This document shows positions 1-9,634 of a stretch of 64,000 nucleotides of DNA, in pieces. Each line of letters begins with the position of its first letter. Within the stretch, counting starts at the first letter, position 1. This DNA comes from an uncultured bacterium (GTDB taxonomy: Bacteria > Auribacterota > Erginobacteria > Erginobacterales > Erginobacteraceae): positions 256,001-320,000 of the forward strand of contig CAWGIE010000036.1 of assembly GCA_963822585.1 (NCBI GenBank), written 5' to 3'. A program made the position numbers and the translations under genes. Under the pieces are notes generated by a model. The model saw nothing but the letters and a program-made list of their open reading frames with translations. It did not search any database and was not told the origin of the DNA.

Positions 1-623
1 CGCCAGTACGGCTTCTCCCCCACGATGTCAGTAACCACCAGCAGGGCCGCTGCTCGTTTCCCAATCATACTGGCGGCGGCGAAGAAGGCGGAGCTCTCCA
101 GGTCGATTACCCGGGCGCCCCTTTCCGTCCAGAGGTTTTTATGCCGCTCCTGCAGCCGGAGCGAGCCGACGCTTATTCCCCTCGCCGCCGCGTCAGGAGG
201 GGCGTCGATATAGGAATGAAGCGCCCCGGCGAGTTCGGGATCGGCCTCCGCCGGCATACCCGGTTCCGCGTTTCCGGCGAGAAGTTCTACGAAACTCTCC
301 TGCGCGAAGCTGGCGGGGGGGACAATCAGACTGCCGATCTTGAGACCGGTTGGCTGTCCCAGCAGGCCGCAGGCGCCGAAGAGGATGATATTTTCACAGG
401 GGGTTCCTTCCAGGTACAGGACCGCGTCGCCCGTGAAAGCCGGCCCCATCAGGCTGTGAATGACGGTAGCGCACGGTCCCCGGGCGGCGGCGTACAGACA
501 TCCCCGGTTAAGCTTTTCGACGCCGAAAGGCCGGAGAAAGATCTTCCTGACAAAAGGCATCAGGACACAGGTGCGCTGCACCGAGGAGGCGGGAAGACCG
601 AAAAGTCTCTTGAAAGGTTCCAT
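1..623 (-). CDS. PNP/UDP-family nucleoside phosphorylase-like protein (3' end runs off the window)
   Basis: Manual translation of the minus strand from ATG at 623: MEPFKRLFG...IILFGACG...VIDLESSAFFAAA...ALLVVTD, open to position 1. The motifs resemble PNP_UDP_1. Not in the ORF track because it has no stop in the window. Confidence 0.65.
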   Translation of the reverse strand, partial: MEPFKRLFGLPASSVQRTCVLMPFVRKIFLRPFGVEKLNRGCLYAAARGPCATVIHSLMGPAFTGDAVLYLEGTPCENIILFGACGLLGQPTGLKIGSLIVPPASFAQESFVELLAGNAEPGMPAEADPELAGALHSYIDAPPDAAARGISVGSLRLQERHKNLWTERGARVIDLESSAFFAAASMIGKRAAALLVVTDIVGEKPYW

Positions 624-646
624 TTATGATTTTTCCTCTGGAAAAA

Positions 647-3478
647 TCATCTGGTAACGGGGATATCGCCCGAGCGGCCATAATAGGAGCGGGTCACTTT
701 TCGGATGGCCCAGAGGCCGGCGGAGGGCCGGAAGACGCCGATGGCCGTCGGACCGGCACCGATGTAATCGGCCGGGACCGGTCGGTCGGCCGAGGAGCCG
801 AAGTAAACCCGGGTAACGCCCCGGATCGCCCACAGACCTGAAGAAGCCCGGAAGATGCCGGCCGAACCGGTCCCGTTGCCCTTATAATCGGCGGGGACGA
901 CCGCGTCGCCGCCCCCGCCGAAATAAAAGCGACTCACCCCTTTCAACGCCCAGAGACCGGAGGCACTTCGGAAAAGACCGGGTTCAGCTGTCCCGTCGCC
1001 GTTATAATCCCCCGGGACCGGGTTGTCGCCGGCGGCGCCGAAGTAGCTCCTGATCCCGCCGCGGATCGCCCAGAGGCCGATCGATCCCCGAAATATCCCC
1101 GGATCACAGAATCCATCGCCGTCATAATCAGCGGGGACCGGGAGATCGGAAGCCCCCCCGAAATAGACCCGGGTGACCCCCTTGATCGCCCAGACCCCGG
1201 ATCCACCCCGGAAGATCCCGATCTCGGAGGTCGCGTCGCCGTCATAATCGCCGGGGACCGGGAGATCGGAAGCCCCCCCGAAGTAGGTCCGGGTCACCCC
1301 CCGGATCGACCAGAGCCCCCCCACCTTCCGGAAGATGGCGATATCGGCCGCGCCGTCACCATTATAATCCCCCGAGGAGACCGCCGACCAGGGGACCCCG
1401 GTAAAAGGGCTCGGAGTGGGTTTCGCCTGGGCAAGGTTGCAGAGCTTCCGATCTAAATACGTATTGCCGTCGACGTCGGGATACCAGAGCCTCCCGGTGG
1501 ATTCCGGGGACCCGATCGTCCGGGGCAGAAAGATGTTCAACTCCTGCCCGCCATCATACTCCACGGTCAGGTAATCCGCGGTCTGGATGTTCCATAACTC
1601 CGTCCCCGGCTTCAGGTTGATCCGGAACTGGGCGAAGGACGGGAACTCGCTGCTTTCGACGAAAAAGTTGGCACTGTCCCTGATATAACCCACTGTTAAC
1701 CAGACTTCCGTGGGAGTAACTTGGGTACAGACGTCGAAATAATATGTCCAGCCGTCGGGCAATGACGAGCGGCTGCTTTGGATATCGGCATCTTCCAGAT
1801 TTTTCAGATAAAGAGGCATCTCGCAGAGCCCGGTTTCGGGGGTCGGCGTCGTGGTCGGCGTCACGCTCGGTGTGGGTGAAGTGGACGGAGTGGCTGTGAC
1901 CGAAGGAGTCGGTGTAATGGAGGGGGTGGGCGTTGAGGTCGGAGTGGGGGTCGAAGACGGCGTTATCGACGGCGTGGGGGTACCGGTCGGGGACGGTGTT
2001 ATCCACTTCATCCTGCCGAGAAAAACATCGGTGCTCCCGGCCCGGGACGGTTGGTAGGGGTTGAGCGTCGGGAAATTGTCGGATCCGGTCGAGCCGACGA
2101 TGAAACCCCAGCCCGCCGGGCCGACGGCGGGAGCGGTTCCGAAATCATCCCCTCCCCCGCCGAAATACGTTGAATAAACCAATGACGTACCGCCGGGATA
2201 GAACTCGCAGATAAAGGCGTCCCCAGGCCCCGTCCCTTCTCCATAAGAGGCCTGGTAAGCCGCACGGGTCGGGAAATCGGTCGATTCGGTGCGACCGGTC
2301 AGGTAAACCCGCCCGGCCGCGTCGATGGCCACCCCCTTCCCGCTGCCGAGATCCCCCCGCAGGCCGCCACCGTATTCCAGCCCACTCCCGCCCAGGTAGG
2401 TGGAAAAGGTCAGTGATGAGCCGGATGATGAGAGCATGGACAACCAGGAGTCATATGACCCGGCGTTGCTGGCCTGGTACGAATTCCGGGTGGGGAAGTT
2501 GGAGGAGAATGTGTTTCCGGCGACAACGACGGCGGCGGCGGTGTTCACGGCAACGCCAACGGCGAGATCAATGCTGGTTCCGCCGAGGTAGGTCGAATAG
2601 ATCAGTGTGGAGGTTGAAGAGGAGACCTTGCAGATAAAAGCGTCGAAGGTGGAACCGCCGGTACCGTCAAGGGACGGCTGATAAGAATTTTTAGTGGGGA
2701 AGTTCTGTGATTTTGTGTAACCGGCGATGCAGGCGCTCCCCCCGGGATCAACCGCGAGATCATTGCCCCGCTCATCATAGGTCCCTCCCAGATAGGTGGA
2801 ACCGGTCAACTCCGAACCGGAGGAGGAAATCACGGCGAGAAAGACATCGTCAGATCCGGCTCGGGAGGGCTGATAGGCATTAATGGTCGGAAAATTGTCG
2901 GAGGCGGAGTACCCGGATAAAAAGGCCGCTCCTCCAACCAGCGCGATGCCGTAGCCGGCGTCATTGCCGGAGCCGCCGAGATAGGTTGAGTAATCCAGCC
3001 CGTCGCCCGCAGAGGTGAACCGGACGATAAACACATCGGTCCCCCCGGCATTGCTGGACTGGTACGGGTTCACGGTGGGAAAATCGGATGAGCCGGTACT
3101 CCCGCAGACATACGCCGCGCCGGATGCATCAATCGCGACCGAGTAGCCGTAATCACTCCCGCCCCCCCCCAGGTAGGTGGAATAGATCAAACCGCTGCCC
3201 GACGAGGTGAACTTAAGGATAAACGCGTCCGGCATGACCGCGGCCGGGCTCAGCTGGTAGGCATTCGTGGTGGGAAAATCAAGAGACTGAGTCTCTCCGC
3301 AGAGAAACGCATTGCCGTTAGAACCGACAGCTACCGCCCAGCCATAATCAGCATCCGCTCCTCCCAGGTAGGTGGAATAATCGAGGTGGAATGTTCCTCC
3401 CCAAGAAAGACCGGGAATGGCGACAGTGCCGAGCAGCACGATTCTGAAAATAATGCTTTTAATGGCCAGGGCTTTCAC
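647..3478 (-). CDS. Secreted/surface protein: signal peptide, SBBP beta-propeller repeats, Pro/Thr/Ser linker, unknown domain, C-terminal FG-GAP/VCBS-like repeats
   Basis: Repeats YSTYLGG..D.G..IAVD...GxT.S.DFPT.N.YQ; TPTPS linker; GDYNGDG..IFR..GLWAIRGVTRVYFG repeats. GTG start. Confidence 0.85.
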   Translation of the reverse strand: MKALAIKSIIFRIVLLGTVAIPGLSWGGTFHLDYSTYLGGADADYGWAVAVGSNGNAFLCGETQSLDFPTTNAYQLSPAAVMPDAFILKFTSSGSGLIYSTYLGGGGSDYGYSVAIDASGAAYVCGSTGSSDFPTVNPYQSSNAGGTDVFIVRFTSAGDGLDYSTYLGGSGNDAGYGIALVGGAAFLSGYSASDNFPTINAYQPSRAGSDDVFLAVISSSGSELTGSTYLGGTYDERGNDLAVDPGGSACIAGYTKSQNFPTKNSYQPSLDGTGGSTFDAFICKVSSSTSTLIYSTYLGGTSIDLAVGVAVNTAAAVVVAGNTFSSNFPTRNSYQASNAGSYDSWLSMLSSSGSSLTFSTYLGGSGLEYGGGLRGDLGSGKGVAIDAAGRVYLTGRTESTDFPTRAAYQASYGEGTGPGDAFICEFYPGGTSLVYSTYFGGGGDDFGTAPAVGPAGWGFIVGSTGSDNFPTLNPYQPSRAGSTDVFLGRMKWITPSPTGTPTPSITPSSTPTPTSTPTPSITPTPSVTATPSTSPTPSVTPTTTPTPETGLCEMPLYLKNLEDADIQSSRSSLPDGWTYYFDVCTQVTPTEVWLTVGYIRDSANFFVESSEFPSFAQFRINLKPGTELWNIQTADYLTVEYDGGQELNIFLPRTIGSPESTGRLWYPDVDGNTYLDRKLCNLAQAKPTPSPFTGVPWSAVSSGDYNGDGAADIAIFRKVGGLWSIRGVTRTYFGGASDLPVPGDYDGDATSEIGIFRGGSGVWAIKGVTRVYFGGASDLPVPADYDGDGFCDPGIFRGSIGLWAIRGGIRSYFGAAGDNPVPGDYNGDGTAEPGLFRSASGLWALKGVSRFYFGGGGDAVVPADYKGNGTGSAGIFRASSGLWAIRGVTRVYFGSSADRPVPADYIGAGPTAIGVFRPSAGLWAIRKVTRSYYGRSGDIPVTR

Positions 3479-3710
3479 GGATCAGCTCACTATCATATTT
3501 CATTGATTCTCTTCCATGACCAATCATCAGGACACATAAAAGCAGCAGAATATTTGAATTCCCCACACGCAATTGAAGAAAACCAATATAGTATACCATA
3601 CTTCAACGTGCCACGGCAGGAAAAGGCTGCCGCTTAAGAAAAAATCTCCATGCAAGAAACCATTACCCCCATTATAATGTTCCGGAGGTGCCGGAGTTTG
3701 AATCAACGAC

Positions 3711-5237
3711 ATGAGAAATAACTGGCAGACATTCCAGGCTGTTATCAGGAGCGTCGGCTCCCTGCTCTTTATCCTGGGAGTGTTCCTCCTTCTGCCGCTG
3801 GTTCCGGTATTCATTTACGGCGAATATGCTGCCGGCCCGCTCACTCTCTTCGCTTTCATTGTTCCCGCCGGCCTCGCCATCATCCTCGGCATGATCACCC
3901 GGAAATACCTTCCTCCGGGCGAGATCACCAATACCCAGGCGATGCTGGTCTGCTGTCTGGGCTGGATCGTCTTTTCTCTCATCGGCGCCCTCCCTTTTTG
4001 CATCGCTCTGGGCGCCGGTTATCTCGACGCCGTCTTCGAGACGATGAGCGGATTCACCACCACCGGCATCACCCTCTTCTCCGGCCTGGACGCGATGCCG
4101 AAAAGCATCCTCTTCTGGAGAAGCCTCACCCAGTGGATCGGGGGATTGGGGATACTCACCTTCTTTCTGGCCGTCGGTTTCCGAGGAGGGAGTGCCCACC
4201 GCCTCTTCGGGGCGGAGAGCCACAAGATCGAGACGGGGCGCCCGGTGCCGGGTCTCGCCAACACCCTGAAGATACTCTGGGGGATCTACATCCTCTTCAC
4301 CCTCTTGATCTGCGCCGGGCTGGTTATGAGCGGGATGCCTTTTTTCGACGGTGTCTGCCATACGTTTACCGCCCTCTCGACCGGAGGGTTCTCCCCCCAT
4401 GACGCCAGCATCGGATATTACCGAAGCCCGGCGCACCCTCACTTCATCGCGATCGAGTACGTCATCATGGTGGGGATGTTCCTCGGAGGTACCAACTTTC
4501 TTATTCATTATCGGATCCTGAAAGGACGGTTCCGGTCGCTCTACGACAATACCGAGATGCGATACTGGCTGGGGTTTATCGCTCTCTTCATCATCCTCAT
4601 CCTGCTGGAGGAGGTTATCGCCCCCGGAGGCGATCGGAGGATGGTACCTCCGGGCACCGCCTCCTGGCTCGGGGAGATCGAATATCATCTCCGGACGGTG
4701 GCATTCCAGGTTATCTCCATCATCACGACCACCGGTTTCGCCACCAAGGACATCGGCAGCCCCTATTTCGGACCCCTGGCCAGGCAGCTTTTCCTGGTCA
4801 TGATGGTGATCGGGGGCTGCGTCGGTTCCACCGGCGGCGGATTTAAAGTCCTGCGGACGGCGATCATGCTCAAGGCGGTACGGAGAGAAATCTTCCGTCT
4901 TCGGGCTCCCCGCAGCGCCGTCTCCAATGTCGTCGTCGACGGCAAAACGGTCTCGATCGAAGAGATCCGCCGGGTTGGCGGACTCTTCTTCGCGTGGATG
5001 CTGCTGCTGGCGATCGGAGGAGGGATCACGGCCCTGTTTTCCGGGCTTTCCGGCTTCAGTTCTTTCTCCGGCATATGCAGTGCCCTCGGGAACATTGGTC
5101 CCTGTTATATTTCGGTCACAGAGATGGCGAAACTTCACCCGATCATAAAATTAACCTACATTTTCGGGATGCTGGCCGGAAGGCTGGAGATTTTCCCGGT
5201 CCTGCTTCTCTTCAGCAGAAGAGCATGGAGAAGCTGA
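3711..5237 (+). CDS. trkH: Trk potassium uptake membrane subunit
   Basis: FETMSGFTTTG, QWIGGLG, LSTGGFS, GGCVGSTGGGFK, SALGNIGP and GRLEIF motifs. Confidence 0.95.
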   Translation: MRNNWQTFQAVIRSVGSLLFILGVFLLLPLVPVFIYGEYAAGPLTLFAFIVPAGLAIILGMITRKYLPPGEITNTQAMLVCCLGWIVFSLIGALPFCIALGAGYLDAVFETMSGFTTTGITLFSGLDAMPKSILFWRSLTQWIGGLGILTFFLAVGFRGGSAHRLFGAESHKIETGRPVPGLANTLKILWGIYILFTLLICAGLVMSGMPFFDGVCHTFTALSTGGFSPHDASIGYYRSPAHPHFIAIEYVIMVGMFLGGTNFLIHYRILKGRFRSLYDNTEMRYWLGFIALFIILILLEEVIAPGGDRRMVPPGTASWLGEIEYHLRTVAFQVISIITTTGFATKDIGSPYFGPLARQLFLVMMVIGGCVGSTGGGFKVLRTAIMLKAVRREIFRLRAPRSAVSNVVVDGKTVSIEEIRRVGGLFFAWMLLLAIGGGITALFSGLSGFSSFSGICSALGNIGPCYISVTEMAKLHPIIKLTYIFGMLAGRLEIFPVLLLFSRRAWRS

Positions 5238-5411
5238 TGACTTGCATCTTGCCCATTTTTTCTGGTATTATTCATCGATCCATTGACTTGCTTTCATTCT
5301 TTTCAACCACGAAGGGCAGGAATATAGATAGCAAAGAAATCTATACTCGCTCCTCATGATTGTGTTCTTCGTTTCCTTCGCGGTCAAATCAGATTTGAGA
5401 GGAAACAGATT

Positions 5412-6086
5412 ATGTACGTTATCGTCGCCGGCGCGGGGTTGATCGGTCATGAAATCACCGTTATGTTGATCGGGAATAAGCATGACGTGGTGGTAATCGA
5501 CAGCGACCGGGAAGTTTGCGACAAGGTGCACGCGGAGACCGGTGCCATGGCCATCAACGGTAACGCGACCGACATCAGGGTTCTTACCGATGCCGGTGCG
5601 TCCCGGGCGGATGTCATCATTTGCGTCATGCACAGTGACGCGGATAATATCGCCTGCGCCCTTCTGGCCAGAAGCCTGGGGGTCCCCCGGATCGTCGCCC
5701 GGCTCCGGGATCCCCGCTACGAGCAGGCGTACAAGTTGGCCGGTGTGACTTCCATCGTCAGAATGGCCGATCTGATTTTGAACCGGATAATCATGGAAGT
5801 GGAGCAGCCCCGCGTACGGAAAATCATGGTCCTGGGTGGGGGGAAGGCTCAGCTGTACGCGGTGAAGATCCCCGGCAACGCCCGGAGCATCGGAATGTCG
5901 ATCCGGGACATAACCCGGGGGAAAAAATTTCCTCAGGAATGCGTATTCACCGGCGTCTACCGGGAGGAGAAGGGGGAATTTCTCTTTCCCCGGGGAGACT
6001 ATGTCATTCAGGGCGAGGATACCGTCTCCCTGGTTTCAACCAGTCAGTATATTAAACCGGCCACTGATTTTCTGACCAGAGCATGA
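5412..6086 (+). CDS. trkA: Trk potassium uptake NAD-binding subunit (RCK_N + RCK_C)
   Basis: VIVAGAGLIG Rossmann motif, GNATD, C-terminal RCK_C; follows trkH. Confidence 0.9.
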   Translation: MYVIVAGAGLIGHEITVMLIGNKHDVVVIDSDREVCDKVHAETGAMAINGNATDIRVLTDAGASRADVIICVMHSDADNIACALLARSLGVPRIVARLRDPRYEQAYKLAGVTSIVRMADLILNRIIMEVEQPRVRKIMVLGGGKAQLYAVKIPGNARSIGMSIRDITRGKKFPQECVFTGVYREEKGEFLFPRGDYVIQGEDTVSLVSTSQYIKPATDFLTRA

Positions 6087-6093
6087 TTTAGAT

Positions 6094-6924
6094 ATGCATT
6101 CCCGCGCCCCTGTCAGCGACAGATCGATCGGTGCCTTCCGCCGGAGAATTTATCGCTTCTACAACGCCCAGGGGCGATCTCTGCCCTGGCGGGAGACCGG
6201 TGACCCCTATCACGTCCTGGTCTCCGAATTCATGCTCCAGCAGACCCGGGTGGATCGGGTGATCGAAAAATATCCCCGTTTCATCGCCGCCTTCCCCGAT
6301 CTCCCTTTTCTGGCCCGGGCTCCCTTTCGTGAAGTCCTCCACGGCTGGGAGGGACTCGGATACAACCGCCGGGCGCTCTTTCTGAAAAAAAGCGCGGAGA
6401 CGGTCGTGGCCCGTTACGGAGGGCGTATCCCCTCCGACCCGGCGGATCTGATCGCGCTGCCCGGGATCGGACCCGCCACCGCCGCCTCGATCGCCGTCTT
6501 CGCTTTTAACGCGCCCCTCATCTTTATCGAGACAAACGTCAGGACCGTTTTTCTCCACACCTTCTTCCCGGAGGGGCGCGGCATCATGGACTCCGCACTC
6601 CTCCCTTTGATCGGCCGGGCGCTCGATCGACAAAATCCCGCCCGGTGGTACAACGCCCTGATGGACTATGGCTCGATGCTGAAGAAAAAATTCGGCAACC
6701 CCGGGCGGAGGAGCGCGCATTACTCGCGGCAGGCCCCGTTTCCAGGTTCGAACCGTCAGATCCGCGGTCTCATTCTGAAACTCCTGAACAATGCCGGGGG
6801 GCTCAGCGAAGCGATCCTGATCGACCGGGTGGGACAATGCCCGGAGAAGGTACGGAGAATGATCGCCTCTTTGCAGAGAGAAGGGTTCCTGCGGGAAGAA
6901 CGGGGAAGATATGAGATAGCTTAA
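6094..6924 (+). CDS. mutY: A/G-specific adenine glycosylase (short form, no FeS cysteine motif)
   Basis: RSLPWR, VSEFMLQQT, WEGLGYNRRA, HhH motif LPGIGPATA, NALMDYG. Confidence 0.85.
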   Translation: MHSRAPVSDRSIGAFRRRIYRFYNAQGRSLPWRETGDPYHVLVSEFMLQQTRVDRVIEKYPRFIAAFPDLPFLARAPFREVLHGWEGLGYNRRALFLKKSAETVVARYGGRIPSDPADLIALPGIGPATAASIAVFAFNAPLIFIETNVRTVFLHTFFPEGRGIMDSALLPLIGRALDRQNPARWYNALMDYGSMLKKKFGNPGRRSAHYSRQAPFPGSNRQIRGLILKLLNNAGGLSEAILIDRVGQCPEKVRRMIASLQREGFLREERGRYEIA

Positions 6925-7121
6925 CCCGATGTATGCCAGTCAAATGTTTATTTCTGCCGATAGCATTATCAGGAAGAATAACATGTTGTCCTGCCGGAGA
7001 AGTAAAAGCAGCATGCTGTAGCCGTATAAACAAGATTGCTATTCCTAAATATATTAAACGACAATATAATAGCCTGGATTATTCGTGAAAATATTTCATT
7101 TTCACGAATAATTCAGGCTAA
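6921..7121. mobile_element. MITE-like AT-rich element, copy 1
   Basis: Starts ttaacccgat and ends with a 23-bp-arm palindrome (7070-7120); homologous to 29712-31351 once ISL3 is removed. Confidence 0.7.
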
Positions 7122-7125
7122 GCCG

Positions 7126-8769
7126 ATGAAGATCGCAATCGCCCAGCTCAATCCTACTGTGGGAGACATCGACGGGAACCTGGCTAAGATCGAGGCCGCT
7201 CTCGGATTTTTGCAATCGGATGTCGACCTGATCGTTTTCCCGGAGTTGTTCCTGACCGGGTACCCCCCCCGGGATCTTCTGGAAAAATCCTGGTTTATCG
7301 ACCGGGTGAAGGGGGCTCTGCGTCGGGTCGGCGGGATGTCACGCCGTTTGCCCGGGACCGGGATCCTGCTGGGCGCGCCGATTCCGAGCGGAAAGAAGAA
7401 AGGGAAGGGGCTTTATAACGCCGCCGTCCTTTTTGAAAAAGGCAAGATCCTGCTCCGGCAGCCCAAGACGCTGCTCCCCACCTATGACGTCTTCGATGAG
7501 GTCCGTTACTTCGACCCGGCGCCCGATCAGACGCCGGTCGCTTTCAAGGATGAGAAGATCGGCGTCTCCATCTGTGAGGATGCCTGGAACGATCCCGGAT
7601 TCTGGCCCCGGCGGTATTATGCCACGGATCCGATTCAGGCCCTGGCGCGAAAAGGAGCTACCCTCCTGATTAATATCTCGGCCTCTCCCTTTTCCGCCGG
7701 GAAGGAAATGCTCCGGTTCAATCTGCTGGGCAGGCAGGCCCGCAAGTACCGGCTCCCCTTCATTTATGTCAACCAGGTCGGCGGGAATGATGAGCTTATT
7801 TTCGACGGGAGAAGCCTGGTTTTCGATGGGCGGGGGAGGCCGGCGGCCGTCCTGGCCGCTTTCGAAGAAGAACTGCGAACGATAGAAAGCCGGGATGAAG
7901 GGAACGAGGGCTCCTTCACTCCTCTGGGAAACAGTGAATCGGTATCCCGGGCGTTGATCCTGGGGCTTCGTGACTATATGCGGAAATGCGGCTTTGGCAG
8001 CGCGTTGGTCGGGCTCTCGGGAGGAATAGACTCAGCCGTCACCGCCGCCCTGGCCGCCCGGGCGATCGGCAATGACAACCTTTTCGGCATCGCCATGCCT
8101 TCGCCCTATACTTCACCGGAAAGCAATCTCCTGGCGGCGGATCTCGCCGAGAATCTCGGCATTTCCTTGACCACGGTACCGATATCCCCCATTTATCAAT
8201 CCTATCTCCGCTCCCTGAAAAAAATTCTGCCGGCGGGGAACGAAAACGCGGACCTGGCCAGTGAAAACATCCAGGCCAGGATCCGGGGTAACATCCTGAT
8301 GGCATTTTCCAATCGTTTCGGCTCTCTGGTGCTTTCGACCGGCAATAAGAGTGAGATGGCGACCGGCTACTGCACTCTTTATGGGGACATGTCCGGCGGC
8401 CTGGCGGTTCTCTCCGATGTCCCCAAGACGATGGTGTATGAACTGGCCGCTTACATCAACCGGGAATCCAAGATAATCCCCCGGGGGATTATCGATCGCC
8501 CCCCGTCGGCGGAATTGAAGCCGGATCAGACCGACCAGGATACTCTCCCCCCCTACCCTCTCCTCGACCGTATCCTTTTTCGTTACATCGAAGAGGGCCG
8601 GGCCCCGGCGGATATTGTGGGGTTGGGCTTCGAGGAGAAAGTCGTGGACTGGGTGGTAAAAGCGGTCAATAACAACGAGTATAAACGGCGGCAGGCCCCC
8701 CCCGGCCTCAAGGTCACCAGCAAGGCGTTTGGTTGCGGTCGGAGAATGCCGATCGCGGCAACATACTGA
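7126..8769 (+). CDS. nadE: Glutamine-dependent NAD+ synthetase
   Basis: Nitrilase domain (FPEL, ICEDAW) plus synthetase motifs (GLSGGIDS, ENIQAR, TGNKSE, YGD, PPSAEL). Start set at MKIAIAQ (ATG 7126). Confidence 0.95.
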   Translation: MKIAIAQLNPTVGDIDGNLAKIEAALGFLQSDVDLIVFPELFLTGYPPRDLLEKSWFIDRVKGALRRVGGMSRRLPGTGILLGAPIPSGKKKGKGLYNAAVLFEKGKILLRQPKTLLPTYDVFDEVRYFDPAPDQTPVAFKDEKIGVSICEDAWNDPGFWPRRYYATDPIQALARKGATLLINISASPFSAGKEMLRFNLLGRQARKYRLPFIYVNQVGGNDELIFDGRSLVFDGRGRPAAVLAAFEEELRTIESRDEGNEGSFTPLGNSESVSRALILGLRDYMRKCGFGSALVGLSGGIDSAVTAALAARAIGNDNLFGIAMPSPYTSPESNLLAADLAENLGISLTTVPISPIYQSYLRSLKKILPAGNENADLASENIQARIRGNILMAFSNRFGSLVLSTGNKSEMATGYCTLYGDMSGGLAVLSDVPKTMVYELAAYINRESKIIPRGIIDRPPSAELKPDQTDQDTLPPYPLLDRILFRYIEEGRAPADIVGLGFEEKVVDWVVKAVNNNEYKRRQAPPGLKVTSKAFGCGRRMPIAATY

Positions 8770-8820
8770 TCGATTCCGTGGACTTATTGGCAGCCCTGGA
8801 CCCTGATGCAATAATAATAA

Positions 8821-8916
8821 AACCACGAAGGACACGAAGTTCACGAAGACTTTTTATATCGGGGGAAAGCCATTCTTTTTTATTTATTCTTCGTGTACTT
8901 CGTGCTCTTCGTGGTT
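8821..8916. repeat. 9-mer (CACGAAGNN) inverted-array element; further copies at 5306-5384, 26277-26345, 33647-33744, 47038-47264 and 58299-58521
   Basis: accacgaaggacacgaagttcacgaag ... cttcgtgtacttcgtgctcttcgtggt. Confidence 0.9.
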
Positions 8917-8935
8917 CATTTAAATATCGCTCCCT

Positions 8936-9592
8936 TCACGGCAGTTCGACGATATTGCTCAGAACGACCGGATTGGCATAAGGATTGTCGGTATACTCGG
9001 CCAGGAAGAGAGGCCATCCGGCGGGAACAACGAGAGTAAGAGTATATTCCCCCCCCTCGCTCCGGAAAAGATCCTGATTGTTCCGGTCCAGGAGAATGGT
9101 GTTGTTCGGGGTGTTCATGGTTTGAACACATATCCGGGCATCACCGTCATAGGGCTTCAAGCGGGTAAACGAAAAGTGGAGGCGGGACCTGTCTTCACCG
9201 GAAACCGTTATTCGATATATATCCCCTTCTTCCGGCTCGAAATCGGAATCGGCGATCAGAGGTTTCCACAAGCAGGTAATCATCTTTTCATCGAAGGGAG
9301 AAGGAGACGATGCCGGCGGCACGCCCCCCCCCTGGCAGGCGGCCAGGCTTTCCTCTATCGCGGGGGGATCCCATTGGGGGAAATCCTGTCGTATTTTTTC
9401 CAGCAGATAAGCCGCCGTTTCGTATTTTTGAGAGGCCTCCGCATTCTTTCCCTCCGCCTGCAGGGCGCGGGCTTCTTCGACCAGGGTTCGGGCATTTTTG
9501 AAAAGGAGTTCGGCGGTGGTCTCAGATCCCCTGCTCTGTCCGGCAAGCAAAAGAGCGAGCAACCCCGACAAGAAAACCATCTGTATCTTCAT
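8936..9592 (-). CDS. Hypothetical secreted protein with N-terminal helical 'PQWDP' domain
   Basis: Signal peptide, then a helical TPR-like segment resembling the N-terminus of 60760..61353. Confidence 0.7.
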   Translation of the reverse strand: MKIQMVFLSGLLALLLAGQSRGSETTAELLFKNARTLVEEARALQAEGKNAEASQKYETAAYLLEKIRQDFPQWDPPAIEESLAACQGGGVPPASSPSPFDEKMITCLWKPLIADSDFEPEEGDIYRITVSGEDRSRLHFSFTRLKPYDGDARICVQTMNTPNNTILLDRNNQDLFRSEGGEYTLTLVVPAGWPLFLAEYTDNPYANPVVLSNIVELP

Positions 9593-9634
9593 CCCAGCCT
9601 CCGTGACAGTTACTGATCCTCTTTCAGGGTCGGG

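Noticed and set aside
141..629. + strand 162-aa ORF
   Set aside because: Antisense shadow of the minus-strand phosphorylase-like gene (1..623).
3672..5138. Long antisense ORFs (also 17525..18778, 19738..21087, 21948..23069, 29939..31057, 38573..39610 and others)
   Set aside because: They overlap well-supported genes on the opposite strand, show no motifs, and are expected in GC-rich DNA.
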